Positions 31,839 to 32,000 of a DNA stretch of 32,000 nt are shown in pieces. How positions within the stretch are numbered: the first letter of the stretch is position 1; every line of letters starts with the position of its first letter. A program made the position numbers and the translations under genes. The DNA is taken from the NCBI RefSeq assembly GCF_000016745.1, contig NC_009483.1, forward strand, positions 2,430,001 to 2,462,000, given 5' to 3'. Source of the stretch: Geotalea uraniireducens Rf4 (GTDB lineage: Bacteria > Desulfobacterota > Desulfuromonadia > Geobacterales > Geobacteraceae). Below the pieces are notes generated by a model. That model made no database searches. It worked only from the letters and a program-made list of their open reading frames with translations, and was not told where the DNA came from.

Positions 31839-32000
31839 ATGATAAATCAGAAGAATATGCCTGAAGTGGTCTCTGAACTGCGCCATCGTGCGGAAGAGCA
31901 ATTTATTGCTAAAAAGGGGGCGATAGTTCTTCCAGGTACAGAAAAAGATACGTTGGCACTCCTTCATGAATTTCAGATCCGCCAGATTGAGTTGGAGTTG
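31839..32000 (+). CDS. N-terminus of a PAS-type sensor protein (runs off the window)
   Basis: Own translation: MINQKNMPEVVSELRHRAEEQFIAKKG...EKDTLALLHEFQIRQIELEL. The L-H-E-L/F-Q-V/I-H/R-Q-I-E-L-E motif commonly precedes PAS domains in sensor kinases/GGDEF proteins. In frame to the window end. Confidence 0.55.
   Translation, partial: MINQKNMPEVVSELRHRAEEQFIAKKGAIVLPGTEKDTLALLHEFQIRQIELEL

Noticed and set aside
31689-31967. 92-aa minus-strand ORF near the window end
   Set aside because: No RBS or recognisable features. The plus strand over the same region gives a typical PAS-sensor N-terminus (LHEFQIRQIELEL), which I prefer.

Overview
By protein content this looks like a Geobacter/Desulfuromonadales-type chromosome segment; that is my guess and is unverified.

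- **1-11.2 kb, housekeeping block:** a malic-enzyme fragment, HIT hydrolase, ROK glucokinase, phosphofructokinase, GAF-containing MCP, panBCD, an amidohydrolase, ComEA, smpB and tmRNA (ssrA).
- **About 11.2-27.1 kb, accessory/defence island starting directly after ssrA:**
  - A visibly AT-rich, ORF-poor 1.7 kb stretch. It holds a 219-bp MITE (21-bp perfect TIRs, 9-bp TSD), three DnaA boxes and orphan terminator hairpins.
  - A HEPN/MNT toxin-antitoxin pair and a yheU-like gene.
  - Three cassettes separated by copies of one repeat:
    - (i) promoter + ~115-nt terminated leader + 60-aa ORF, followed by a translationally coupled tcmP/DUF5131 pair.
    - (ii) hipBA.
    - (iii) a second copy of the promoter/leader/60-aa module, followed by a type I R-M locus.
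  - The R-M locus is heavily remodelled. hsdM carries an in-frame palindromic element. A GIY-YIG cassette sits at the hsdM/hsdS junction. A Phd/RelE-type TA pair lies between hsdS and hsdR. hsdR has lost its nuclease and motif-I region and is frameshifted.
  - A four-helix-bundle/zinc-finger protein closes the island.
- **27.1-32 kb:** DUF167, nitroreductase, YjbQ, two secreted repeat/glycine-zipper proteins, a cupredoxin lipoprotein, a TVP38 membrane protein and the start of a PAS-type sensor.

**Best candidate for an undescribed system:** the tcmP-DUF5131 operon, together with the duplicated leader/60-aa module that heads both it and the R-M locus.

All coordinates of hairpins and repeats were counted by hand and may be off by 1-2 nt. 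No database search was possible.
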